The notes beneath the pieces are model-generated. The model was not told the origin of the DNA. It saw only the letters and a program-made list of their open reading frames with translations, and ran no database searches. 52,176 bases of DNA from a bacterium. GTDB lineage: Bacteria > Patescibacteriota > Microgenomatia > UBA1400 > PJMF01. The DNA lies in NCBI GenBank assembly GCA_027620445.1, contig JAQBYG010000005.1, positions 1 to 52,176 of the forward strand. The letters are read 5' to 3'. A program made the translations under genes and the position numbers. Positions 40,426 to 49,761 of this stretch are shown piece after piece (position 1 is the stretch's first letter; every line of letters begins with the position of its first letter).

Positions 40426-41502
40426 CTAGAGCCTTAATTCTGCTTCGATAAACTCATCGAGATCACCGTCGAGTATCGCCTGAACATCCGTGCGTACAAC
40501 TTCTGTTCGCACATCTTTGATTTGTTTGTAGGGGTGCAAAACATAATTGCGGATTTGATTGCCCCAACTTGCATGGGAGTGAGCGCCTTTTTCCTTTGCA
40601 ATCGAGGCCTCTCGCTCTGTTTCTTCACGGAAAGCAAGCTCGGCGCGCAGTTTTTGTAGCGCTCTTTCTTTATTTTGTACTTGCGAGCGTTCTTCTCGAC
40701 AGCGAACTACAATGCCAGTTGGTTTGTGGGTGAGCTCGACCGCTGTGTTCACTTTATTAACGTTTTGGCCACCCGCACCCCCGGCGCGAGAAAACTGCCA
40801 CTCGAGATCTTTGTCATCGATCAAGACAGATTTTTCACTTTCGGGTATGAGAGGGAGGACGGAGGTGAGAGCAAAGGAAGTTTGTCGTAATCCGTCGGCA
40901 TTAAACGGACTCTGTCTGACAAGTCGATGTGTGCCGCGCTCGTGTTTCAGATAACCATACACAAACGGACCGCGGACTTCGTACTCTGCGCTCTTGATCC
41001 CAGCTTCTTCGCCGCGTGATTCGCTGAGGAGCTCGCATTTCCAGCCTTTTCGCTCAAAGTAGCGAAGGTACATGCGGCTGAGCATATCTGCCCAGTCCAT
41101 CGCTTCGGTACCGCCCTGTCCAGAATGAACGGACAAGATCGCGCCAAAACTATCATACGGACCGCTGAGATACTGCTGCAGAGTGACTTTGCGAACAAGC
41201 TTGTCAAGATTTGCTTGACTCTCTGCCAGTTGTTTCTGCAGCTCTATCGCATCAGCGCTATCTTCTGTTGTGCTTTCTAGCAGTGTTTGGATCAGTTCTA
41301 GATCTTCCACCCCTGTTTTAAGTGCGGTTGCGGTATTGAGCTGTTCTTGCGCATACGAGAGTTCCCCCATGATGTCTTGGGCATCAGCTTTTTGCCAAAA
41401 ATCTGATTCGAGCGTTTTTGCTTCGAGTGCTTGGTGATCTGCTGCGAGCGCAGAAATATCAAGATTGCTCAAGAGAGCGTGCGCTTTTTCTAGATCTATC
41501 AT
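40426..41502 (-). CDS. prfB: Peptide chain release factor 2 (no internal frameshift)
   Basis: SPF anticodon-mimic motif, GGQ, GGTEA.DW; single continuous frame. Confidence 0.97.
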   Translation of the reverse strand: MIDLEKAHALLSNLDISALAADHQALEAKTLESDFWQKADAQDIMGELSYAQEQLNTATALKTGVEDLELIQTLLESTTEDSADAIELQKQLAESQANLDKLVRKVTLQQYLSGPYDSFGAILSVHSGQGGTEAMDWADMLSRMYLRYFERKGWKCELLSESRGEEAGIKSAEYEVRGPFVYGYLKHERGTHRLVRQSPFNADGLRQTSFALTSVLPLIPESEKSVLIDDKDLEWQFSRAGGAGGQNVNKVNTAVELTHKPTGIVVRCREERSQVQNKERALQKLRAELAFREETEREASIAKEKGAHSHASWGNQIRNYVLHPYKQIKDVRTEVVRTDVQAILDGDLDEFIEAELRL

Positions 41503-41506
41503 GCGA

Positions 41507-43057
41507 TCATTCTATCACGTACTCGAGAAAAGATTTGGTGAGCTGATGATTTTTTGCCCCTGTTGCCGAGATGGTTGTCAGCGTCGTCTCAGCGGTGCCG
41601 GGCTGTTTTTGCAGCATGATTTTTGAAAAGTTTGCAGGGTGTGAGAGCGTTATAGCAATTCTGGTTGTGTTGTTAGGTAGAGTAGTGACAAGAAAACCGA
41701 TTTGTTCAAACACCTGACCAGAGCTGCTCGTGATACTTTCACTGTCAAAGGTGGTGATTTGCTCACCGTTCACAACTATTTGCTCGATTGTTTGACCTGG
41801 GCTATAGAGCAGACGTTGGTAGTTCACATACCCATCTTGGGAGCTATCGTTGTGCAGAGTGATGCCAAGCTCAGTTAGCGTGTCGGAAACAGTCATCACG
41901 TACTCTCGCCTCACCTGCGCATTTACTTTGTTGATGCCAACGTTCGACTCGAGTGGGTAGTAAAAGTGTGTGTCTGGTTCTAGGATCGGCGGACCAAGTC
42001 TGCCTGAGAGGTTGAGCGATTGTGCAAGCGATTGCAATTCCTGCCTTGGGAAGTAGGCCAATATATTTCCTTGCAGCACATGCTGACGAAGTTGTTCCAA
42101 GAGTTGCTTTTTTTCCTCTAGACTCAGTTTGACTACTGCAAGTTTGAGTTGGGTAATGGCCTGCGAAAGAGTATCTTTTTTGGCAGTGCTCCCAGCGAAG
42201 AATGAGTCTCTATCAGCGCGAAGGACCTGGCTGACATTTGCTTCGCTCAGGACTTTGTCCTGATCTATGAGTTGAATCGGCCCGCTGATAGCAAGAATTG
42301 ACTTGACGAGTGGTAAGTTGATCGCCACAACCCCATCTATGTGACTCCGATTGGCCAGAGCAAAGAATCGCAGGGCATCTTGCGAGCTGAGTGCAAAGTC
42401 TGCGTGCCAGTTGGCATCTGGCAGACGCCAGCCTTTGCCGCCGCTGAGAAATTCCTCTACACCACTGGGTGGTTCAAAGTATTCTTTCACCTGACCGTCC
42501 GCGTCGTAGATGTCTTCCACCACGATTTCTCCCAAGTTGCCAGAATTGAAGTGCAGCAACACGTACGAACCCATGAAACCTCCGGTAGCGCGCAACTCAT
42601 CGGAGTTTTGTAGCAGGATAAGGAGGGTTTTTTCTCCCTCTGCAAAGTGCTTGAGAATTGGCAGTGTATCGGCAAGAACAGTAGAAATACTTGTAAGCTG
42701 ATCTCCTCTAGGTCCCAGCTTCGACGCAAATACTTGAGCATGAGATGCGAGTGCTTCCAGGTTTGCTACAAATGGTCCGATGTTCGGCGGTTCACCATTG
42801 CCAACGTTTGTTTGCACCATCTCAAGCGCGAGCAGCGTGTCGTTTGCTGCCAGTAGTGTGTGCAAGCCACTCGACCAGGTTTTATTCATTATCCGCGCAA
42901 TCGGCAGAGCCCTGTTGGCTGAGTTGCGAGATTGTTCGTACTTGCCGCTTTTGAATTGTTGATATGCCACAACACTGGTGATAGCACCAAAAGCAAGTAT
43001 GAGGCAGAACAGCCCGATGCAGATACAAAGTAACCAAAATGTGCTACGAGCTGACGT
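41507..43057 (-). CDS. DUF4012 domain membrane-anchored protein
   Basis: [35 protein letters not shown]; the frame extends past GTG 42970 through a TM helix to ACG 43057. Confidence 0.75.
   Translation of the reverse strand, partial: TSARSTFWLLCICIGLFCLILAFGAITSVVAYQQFKSGKYEQSRNSANRALPIARIMNKTWSSGLHTLLAANDTLLALEMVQTNVGNGEPPNIGPFVANLEALASHAQVFASKLGPRGDQLTSISTVLADTLPILKHFAEGEKTLLILLQNSDELRATGGFMGSYVLLHFNSGNLGEIVVEDIYDADGQVKEYFEPPSGVEEFLSGGKGWRLPDANWHADFALSSQDALRFFALANRSHIDGVVAINLPLVKSILAISGPIQLIDQDKVLSEANVSQVLRADRDSFFAGSTAKKDTLSQAITQLKLAVVKLSLEEKKQLLEQLRQHVLQGNILAYFPRQELQSLAQSLNLSGRLGPPILEPDTHFYYPLESNVGINKVNAQVRREYVMTVSDTLTELGITLHNDSSQDGYVNYQRLLYSPGQTIEQIVVNGEQITTFDSESITSSSGQVFEQIGFLVTTLPNNTTRIAITLSHPANFSKIMLQKQPGTAETTLTTISATGAKNHQLTKSFLEYVIE
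41509..41517 (-). promoter_or_regulatory. Extended -10 element for a leaderless prfB transcript
   Basis: TGATAGAAT 6 nt before ATG 41502; no SD. Confidence 0.6.
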
Positions 43058-43059
43058 AT

Positions 43060-43692
43060 TTACTCCACCTTTGTTGACACAATTGAGTCGCCGACGGTTA
43101 TGTTTTCAACAACTTCCATACCTTGGGAGACGCGGCCAAAAATGGCGTGTTTGCCATCGAGCCAATCGGTCGCTTCATAGGTGATGAAAAACTGACTTCC
43201 GCCAGTATTTGCTCCGGAATTTGCCATTGAAACAACACCTGGTCCGCTGTGCGTTAGGCCGGGTCCAAACTCATCAGCAATCGTATAGCCAGGTCCACCG
43301 GTTCCCCACATTGCTTGTTTGCTTGGATCTTTGGTGAGTGGGTCACCGACTTGCGCCATGAAGTCAGCGATAACTCGATGAAATACGATGCCATTGTAAA
43401 AACCACTGTTTACGAGTGAAAGAAAGTTGGCTGTAGTGAGCGGCGCTTCTTCTCTGTAGAGCTCGATTACGACATCTCCTTTGGTAGTTGTGAGGGTGAC
43501 GGTCTTGCCGGTAATCTCGCCGAAATCGGTGAGCGTTTTTTCTGTTTTGCTGTTAGGTGACATAGCTTCCTTTTGAGTATTGGTACTAGTGTTGTTCGAC
43601 TTGAGCTGAATTGGTTCGCTTGGCGCCGGTGGCGTGCAGCCAGAAAAAAGCACTGCGGCAGTGAGTACAATGAGAAGGGGTATGGTTCGCAT
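43060..43692 (-). CDS. Cyclophilin-type peptidyl-prolyl isomerase, lipoprotein
   Basis: Lipobox LFSGC, FHRVI..FMAQ.GDP, SMANSG.NTGGSQFFIT, WLDGKH. Confidence 0.95.
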   Translation of the reverse strand: MRTIPLLIVLTAAVLFSGCTPPAPSEPIQLKSNNTSTNTQKEAMSPNSKTEKTLTDFGEITGKTVTLTTTKGDVVIELYREEAPLTTANFLSLVNSGFYNGIVFHRVIADFMAQVGDPLTKDPSKQAMWGTGGPGYTIADEFGPGLTHSGPGVVSMANSGANTGGSQFFITYEATDWLDGKHAIFGRVSQGMEVVENITVGDSIVSTKVE

Positions 43693-43763
43693 TCGCCCAG
43701 TATACGAAATCTTGCGCGTGAGACAAGGTGCGATTTTGGTCCAGAGGTGCGTATAATGGTGGC
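43693..43763. promoter_or_regulatory. Divergent back-to-back leaderless promoters
   Basis: TATACT (minus, 43704-43699) 6 nt before ATG 43692 and TATAAT (plus, 43752-43757) 6 nt before ATG 43764. Confidence 0.65.
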
Positions 43764-44474
43764 ATGTCAGGCATCTTACCAGAAGTAGTAATTCTCCACG
43801 GTTGGTCTCGGGATGAGTTTCCGAGCGTGAAGTGGCAACCGGTTGTTTTTCGACTGCAACAGGCGGGAGTCAAGGTATCAGCATTGCGGTTGCCGGGTTT
43901 TGAGCTGCCACTTGAGAAACCATGGGGGGTTGATGAGTACATCGCTTGGCTTGCCGAGCAGCTGTCCGAAAAGCAGGATTTTGTCTTAGTAGGTCACTCA
44001 TTTGGCGGCCATCTCGCAGCGACCTACGCCGCTCGTTTTCCTAAGAAAGTGAGCCGATTGGTTTTGATAGCATCTGCTGGTTTTCGCTCTCGCACTCTTT
44101 TTGCTCGATTAAAGCGAACTGGCTTTTATCATCTCGCAAAGTTGGGCAAGCAACTTTCAGACTCCAACACACTTCGGACGATGTTGCATCGATTGGCACG
44201 AGAGCGAGATTACCTGGAAGCAAATGCCGTGATGAGAGAAACAATGCGGCTCGTGATCGCGCACGAGATTGACGCTGATTTGCCGAACATTACTGTTCCT
44301 ACCACAATTATTTGGGGAGCAAATGACAAGGTTACGCCTCTGGAGTTTGCAGAGCGATTACAAGCTGGGATTCCAAGTGCGAAGCTTGAGGTGATAGCCG
44401 GCGCGCGTCATGGAGTGCCATTTACAGATTCTGAAGTCGTAGTAAAGAAGATCTTAGAGGTAGTGCATGTTTAG
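43764..44474 (+). CDS. Alpha/beta hydrolase
   Basis: LHGW, LPGF, GHSFGG elbow, WGANDKVTP, catalytic H in GARH. Confidence 0.9.
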   Translation: MSGILPEVVILHGWSRDEFPSVKWQPVVFRLQQAGVKVSALRLPGFELPLEKPWGVDEYIAWLAEQLSEKQDFVLVGHSFGGHLAATYAARFPKKVSRLVLIASAGFRSRTLFARLKRTGFYHLAKLGKQLSDSNTLRTMLHRLARERDYLEANAVMRETMRLVIAHEIDADLPNITVPTTIIWGANDKVTPLEFAERLQAGIPSAKLEVIAGARHGVPFTDSEVVVKKILEVVHV

Positions 44475-45873
44475 TGTTCTCTTTACGATCTACTTAGGCT
44501 GGATGATCGGTTTTCTTGCGGCCGTTGTGTGGTGGGTAGGATTACTGCAACAAAAGGAGTACCGACTCGACCGAGTGAAGGCACATTTTCACTCCCTGAC
44601 TGGACGTCAAATTCTACTACACATTTTGCCTTCGGTCGGATTACTGCATCCAAAGACTTTTAAGCGGCCTGTGAGAACTCTTCGCGTAAAGCTACTATTT
44701 GCAAGTGCTCTGCTCATTTTATTCTTGATTGCCTATCTGCTCCTGCCTTGGGTTGGTGCTGTGCCCTCACTGTTTATTGCTCGTTTAGTTTTGCTTCCTG
44801 TTTTGTTGTATGTATTTGCTCCGGTCGTCTTGTTGTCGCTCACCACCCTGATGAATGTAGCTGTTTGGGGAATCACGACATACTATTTGCACCGGGTGGA
44901 AAAGCTGATACTGGCAAGGAAGCCATTTGTGATTGGGATAACCGGTAGTTTTGGCAAAACAACGACCAAGCAACTGCTCGCTCATGTGTTGGCGCAGCGC
45001 GGGAGTGTTTGCACAACTCCAGGATCGGTCAACACTGCTTTGGGAGTATCGCGCAACCTACTAAACAACTTGGGGAGGGCAGAAACATTGGTGCTGGAGT
45101 ACGCAGCATACTGCCCGGGAGAGATTGCTCGCTTGGCAGCGGCCATACCTCCCGATATGGTGATTTTGACGGGACTCGGGAAGCAGCACATTGAGCTTTT
45201 TGGTTCGCAGCAGAACATTGCTTTGGCAAAAGCAGAGTTGCTTGAAGCACTACCGGAAGGATCGAGGGTGTTTTGCGCAAATGAGTCTGCGCTTGCAATC
45301 GTTTCGGCTGCAAAGAATCGAGCTACTTTACTGGTGGAAGAAACCTGGCTCAGCACCAAGCCAAAAGCGACGACCACAATTATCGGCGAGCAATTTACAA
45401 ATACCCTCAAGGTTGTTTCTGTCGTGGCTAAGCATCTTGGTGTATCTCAAAAACAAATTACGAGTAGTTTGGAATCTTTTGTGCCTACCGAAAAATGGAT
45501 TCGAAGGCGCACTTTGCGATCTGGCGCAGTGGTCATAGATGACTCTGGGACCAGTAACCCAGATGGCTTCTCTGCGGCTGTTAAAATACTTGCGCAAGAA
45601 AAAGCGCAGAGAAAAATTTTGCTGACCGCGGGAATCGTTGATCTGGGAAAAGAATCAATTAGCATCCATCGTATGCTTGCGACACAAGCTACAGATTGTG
45701 TAAGCGAAGTTTGGTACCTTGGTGAGGTAGGAAGGGAAGTATTTGCAACAGTTTTTGCCAAGAACTTGTTTGCCGGTGAAACCGAAATTTCACAGCGACT
45801 GCAGACGCTTGATGAAAAGACAGCAATCCTAATTGAGGGTCGCATTCCTCGCTGGTTGGAAGCAGCACTATGA
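44467..45873 (+). CDS. MurF-like Mur ligase with an N-terminal membrane domain
   Basis: About 140 aa hydrophobic N-terminus, GITGSFGKTTTK P-loop, VNTALG, H.E.FGS, IDDS..SNP. Confidence 0.85.
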   Translation: MFSVLFTIYLGWMIGFLAAVVWWVGLLQQKEYRLDRVKAHFHSLTGRQILLHILPSVGLLHPKTFKRPVRTLRVKLLFASALLILFLIAYLLLPWVGAVPSLFIARLVLLPVLLYVFAPVVLLSLTTLMNVAVWGITTYYLHRVEKLILARKPFVIGITGSFGKTTTKQLLAHVLAQRGSVCTTPGSVNTALGVSRNLLNNLGRAETLVLEYAAYCPGEIARLAAAIPPDMVILTGLGKQHIELFGSQQNIALAKAELLEALPEGSRVFCANESALAIVSAAKNRATLLVEETWLSTKPKATTTIIGEQFTNTLKVVSVVAKHLGVSQKQITSSLESFVPTEKWIRRRTLRSGAVVIDDSGTSNPDGFSAAVKILAQEKAQRKILLTAGIVDLGKESISIHRMLATQATDCVSEVWYLGEVGREVFATVFAKNLFAGETEISQRLQTLDEKTAILIEGRIPRWLEAAL

Positions 45874-48104
45874 AAAAAAATCAGCCGGTGTTTGGTAGTC
45901 TTGGTTCAAATTACTCTCTCGGGTTTGCCCTGAGACTGCTGTGGTGGTACTTCCTGCCGCCTGCCCGTTCGCAGGTTCAAACGACTTTGGCTCAGCAACT
46001 CCTCGATCGTTTTCCAGAGTTTTCTGAGCCGTATTTTTTTGCGACAGGCAGAGATGCGATTCAGTTTGCACTGCAGCACTTACCGAGCGCAGCAGGTTCC
46101 AAAATTCTTACCCAAGCGTTTAGTTGCGCTGCGATAGAGGAGGCGATCCTGGGCGCAAAAATGAAACCGGTGTTTGTTGATCTTGGCGAACGGTCGACCA
46201 ACCTAGATGCAGCGACACTGCAAGTCGCTTATGAAAAAAATCCCACAGCCAGAATTGTATTGGTGCAGCATGTACTCGGTTGTCCCGCAGATATCGCCTC
46301 TATCCGAGCTTGGTGTGACGAACACAATCTTCTGTTGATTGAAGACTTGGCGCAATCGTTTGGTGGTCTCACTACTACCGGAGAATCCCTTGGCAGCTTC
46401 GGTCACGTCATTGTCACCTCATTTGGGCGAGATAAGATTCTCGACGCAGTTGCAGGAGGTTGCTGCTTGTTCCGTCGAGGAGTGCTGCAGACTGAACCAG
46501 AGCGACCAGAACTGCAAGAGCGAAGTACTTTTCAGCACGCCATCTATCCGCTTTTGACTGTGTTGATTCGAAACACCTTTTCCTCGGGGTTCGGCAAAGT
46601 ACTGCAGCGCTTTGCACAGAATGCCGGCATTATTCGCACCCCTGTGCTTCGAACAACCCCGGTTTTGGGAAAGCTTTCGGTCGGTCAGGCTGCAGCTGTT
46701 CTGGAGCACCTGAAGCATTTGCCGCAACAACTTGAACACCGCTCAACAATCACAGCCATCTATGCGCGCTTGCTCAAAGAGCACTTGCTTTTCCCAGCTG
46801 CTCGAATGAGTGGGTGGTCAGCCTTGCGCGTCCCACTGGCAGTTTCGGATCCGGATGGATTGGCGACAAAACTAAAGCAACATCATTTTTACCTGACCGA
46901 TCGTTGGTATCGAGCGGCTGTTGATAGTGGTTCCATAGCTTGGAACTCTACCTATCATCCAGGTTTATGTCCGCGCGCAGAGACAGCTGCTCGTTCAGTT
47001 TTTACCCTACCAACCCATATGCGGGTAAGTGCTGCAAGCGCCGTTAGATTGGCAGTGTTACTTCGGCAAGTACTTGCACAGCAAGCAGCTTTTTCTGTAC
47101 AGGAAATTACTGATAAAACTACTTGGGAGGCTTGGATAGCTGATCGACCCGAAGCTAACTTTTTACAATCATGGAACTGGGGCGTTTTTCAGCAGCAGCT
47201 CGGGAATAAGATCATTCGGCTGGGATTGTATAACGACGGACAGTTGATCGGTGTTGCGCAAGGTGTTTTTGAGCGAGCCCGTCGCGGCTCGTACTGTAGT
47301 TTTCCTGGTGGTCCGCTGCTTGATTGGGATGATGTACAGGCAGTTGCGGCGCTATTTTCAGAGTTGCAAAAAATTGTTCGAGCGGCTGGCTGTTCTTTTA
47401 TTCGTTTTCGTCCTCAGTTGCTCGATGATGTTGTGGCGAGAGCTGTCGTCAAACAACTCGGCACACTGCATGCAGCGATGCACGTGACAGCTGATCGAAC
47501 AGTCGATATTGATATAACTCAGAGCGATGAGCAGCTACTGGCAAACATGAGAAAAAACACTCGCTCAGCAATTCGAAAGGCAGAAAAAGAGGGAATTACA
47601 ACAACAGTCTCTGACAATCCTGAAGACATCAAAGATTTTTATGAGCAGCAGCGGCTGGTAGCTCAACGCCACAAATTTGTACCATTCAGCTACCTCTTCT
47701 TGTTTGAGCAGTTTCAGACATTTGCAAAAGAACAGCAAGCCTTACTGATATCAGCTTACCGAGGGAGTGATCTACTCGCCACGGCTTTTGTCTTGATGTA
47801 TCACAAGCAGGCTGTGTATCACTATGGCATTTCTACCGCAGAGAACGCTACGCTGCCGGGTGCATATGCAGTGCAGTGGCGGGTAATGATCGAGGCTAAG
47901 CGAGCTGGTTGTGAGAGTTACAATTTATGGGGAGTTGCTCCTCCAGGGATGGAGTCACACCGATTTGCTGGAGTCTCAGTTTTCAAGCGTGGCTTTGGTG
48001 GTAGGGAAGTCCAGTATCTCGAAGCCCAAGATATTCCACTCAAACCAACTTACTGGCTCACAAGGACTTTTGAACTACTGCGCAAGAGGTACCGACACCT
48101 CTGA
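45870..48104 (+). CDS. Fusion of a DegT/DnrJ/EryC1/StrS PLP aminotransferase and a FemAB/MurM-family tRNA-dependent peptidyltransferase
   Basis: N-half: TGRDAI, IEDLAQSFG, SFGRDK, TLPTH; C-half: FLQSWNWG, GPLLDW, M..NTRSAIRKA.K, YNLWG, FKRGFGG. Confidence 0.88.
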   Translation: MKKNQPVFGSLGSNYSLGFALRLLWWYFLPPARSQVQTTLAQQLLDRFPEFSEPYFFATGRDAIQFALQHLPSAAGSKILTQAFSCAAIEEAILGAKMKPVFVDLGERSTNLDAATLQVAYEKNPTARIVLVQHVLGCPADIASIRAWCDEHNLLLIEDLAQSFGGLTTTGESLGSFGHVIVTSFGRDKILDAVAGGCCLFRRGVLQTEPERPELQERSTFQHAIYPLLTVLIRNTFSSGFGKVLQRFAQNAGIIRTPVLRTTPVLGKLSVGQAAAVLEHLKHLPQQLEHRSTITAIYARLLKEHLLFPAARMSGWSALRVPLAVSDPDGLATKLKQHHFYLTDRWYRAAVDSGSIAWNSTYHPGLCPRAETAARSVFTLPTHMRVSAASAVRLAVLLRQVLAQQAAFSVQEITDKTTWEAWIADRPEANFLQSWNWGVFQQQLGNKIIRLGLYNDGQLIGVAQGVFERARRGSYCSFPGGPLLDWDDVQAVAALFSELQKIVRAAGCSFIRFRPQLLDDVVARAVVKQLGTLHAAMHVTADRTVDIDITQSDEQLLANMRKNTRSAIRKAEKEGITTTVSDNPEDIKDFYEQQRLVAQRHKFVPFSYLFLFEQFQTFAKEQQALLISAYRGSDLLATAFVLMYHKQAVYHYGISTAENATLPGAYAVQWRVMIEAKRAGCESYNLWGVAPPGMESHRFAGVSVFKRGFGGREVQYLEAQDIPLKPTYWLTRTFELLRKRYRHL

Positions 48105-49508
48105 TTATTTTCGACTGACGTCATACGTAAGCAAGTGTTCAAGAAAAATTGCTGGCGGATCTTCTAGGATAAATTGTTGAAACTCTTGGTAAATTTGCTT
48201 GCGCTCTGCTTGTTCAAAGGTTTGTCTTCCTTTTTCGAGCAGGTTGTCAATACGGGTGTTTTTGTAGTGAGTGAAGTTAGTAGTTTGGTCGGAGTGCCAA
48301 AGGTGGTATTGGTCAGGATCAGCAGGAGATTCTTGTCCGATAAGGAGCAACTGAAAATCATTCGTGTCAGGAAAGTTAGAAATTTTCAGTGTCACTTTGA
48401 CGCGCATGTTGGGACATACATCTTTGTTTTCAATTGCTTTTGCAGTGAGACACTGTTCTTCGGCGTAGGTGCCAAACTCTTCCCACTCTTTTTTGACGCT
48501 CTCAGCTCGCTGTGAAAAAGTAGGTGTAGTCGTAAGGGTGAAGAGAAGCGGGAGTTGTGGTGGGTCATCAAACAATCGCTCGAGACCACGCTCCCAGTCT
48601 TTTTCATACGTTTTACCGCCAGGTAAATATGCCCAAGAATTTTTACTGATCGGACCAATTGCTCTGGTTTCATCGGTTGGCTTAGACGTGATGTACGAAA
48701 GCGCCTGGCGAGTATTCTTTGACATGAGTGGGTCTTGTAGGTTGAAAAAGATCGCCACATATCGATCGTCATCAAATCGTTTCGTTACAGTCGTTGTTGG
48801 CCAATCGTACATTTCGTGCTGCTTTACCAGATCGAGCAGCAGGTCGATCTTGCCCTGTTTAAATGCTATCTGCGCATCGTCTTCAGTTTGGTAAAAACGA
48901 TAAATATAGCGCTCTTGTTCACTGTCCACTACAAGCTCTTTCAGTTGGTTATTTCGAGTGCTGTAGTCACTAATGTAGTGATCCCCAATCCCTACAGGGA
49001 GTGGCCTGCTACGGGAAAAAGGTACTTTCTGTTCTGACATTTTCAACAATGGCTTTGCCACCAGACTAGGAAAAGGTGAAAACTCTGCAGGCAACTGAAA
49101 AATAAGATCATGGGCGGTGGTGGCGACAGTTGTATCCTTGAGACTAAACTGCATTTCTTCTGGCAGGACCTTGTTGCCGTCACTCCACACGAGGTTTTCT
49201 TTCAGTACAAAGCGATACGTCTTACCGCCTTGTTCTACGGCCCAGCGTTGTGCCAAAACAGGGACGACATCGCCATCTTCTGTCACCGCAGTCAAGCCCA
49301 CGCTGAGTTGATCTGTGATAATTTCTGGTAGCGAGAAAATGCTGTACTGTCCGATGATGCCAATATAAAAGCGTTCTCGTTTTTCTAGGCGAGTTGCGAT
49401 GATTGGAACAACAAATGAAAAGAATCCAATGGCGACTGCGAGCGAAGCAATCACCATCAATCCATGCTTACGAATGTAAGCAGTAAAATACCAATATGCT
49501 TTGCGCAT
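48105..49508 (-). CDS. Family 5 (oligopeptide-type) ABC substrate-binding protein, TM-anchored
   Basis: GL...G.V.P.LA..W, F.LK....WSDG, DPDQY..WHS, Y.N..ID.LLE.GR, EDPPAIFL. Confidence 0.87.
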   Translation of the reverse strand: MRKAYWYFTAYIRKHGLMVIASLAVAIGFFSFVVPIIATRLEKRERFYIGIIGQYSIFSLPEIITDQLSVGLTAVTEDGDVVPVLAQRWAVEQGGKTYRFVLKENLVWSDGNKVLPEEMQFSLKDTTVATTAHDLIFQLPAEFSPFPSLVAKPLLKMSEQKVPFSRSRPLPVGIGDHYISDYSTRNNQLKELVVDSEQERYIYRFYQTEDDAQIAFKQGKIDLLLDLVKQHEMYDWPTTTVTKRFDDDRYVAIFFNLQDPLMSKNTRQALSYITSKPTDETRAIGPISKNSWAYLPGGKTYEKDWERGLERLFDDPPQLPLLFTLTTTPTFSQRAESVKKEWEEFGTYAEEQCLTAKAIENKDVCPNMRVKVTLKISNFPDTNDFQLLLIGQESPADPDQYHLWHSDQTTNFTHYKNTRIDNLLEKGRQTFEQAERKQIYQEFQQFILEDPPAIFLEHLLTYDVSRK

Positions 49509-49514
49509 AATATT

Positions 49515-49733
49515 TTAGCGAGTGGAGACAACTCCGAGAGCTGCCACGATAAACAAAACCACTCCCGCAATTGTGAGATAAAAGAGAACTTTTTCCAAGC
49601 CCCTACGCGTGTGGTATGTTTCGCCTCCACCGCCCCAAGTAGCTCCTAAACCCGAGCCCTGCGACTGCAACAGAATCGCTGCAATCAGAAAAACCGAGAC
49701 AACAATTTGTAGTGCGAGCCAAAATTCATTCAT
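49515..49733 (-). CDS. secG: Preprotein translocase SecG
   Basis: ILLQ..GSGLG..WGG, RRGLEK.L, two TMs; SD AGGAG. Confidence 0.93.
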   Translation of the reverse strand: MNEFWLALQIVVSVFLIAAILLQSQGSGLGATWGGGGETYHTRRGLEKVLFYLTIAGVVLFIVAALGVVSTR

Positions 49734-49761
49734 CTTGTTCTCCTAGTATAGCGCACAATCT

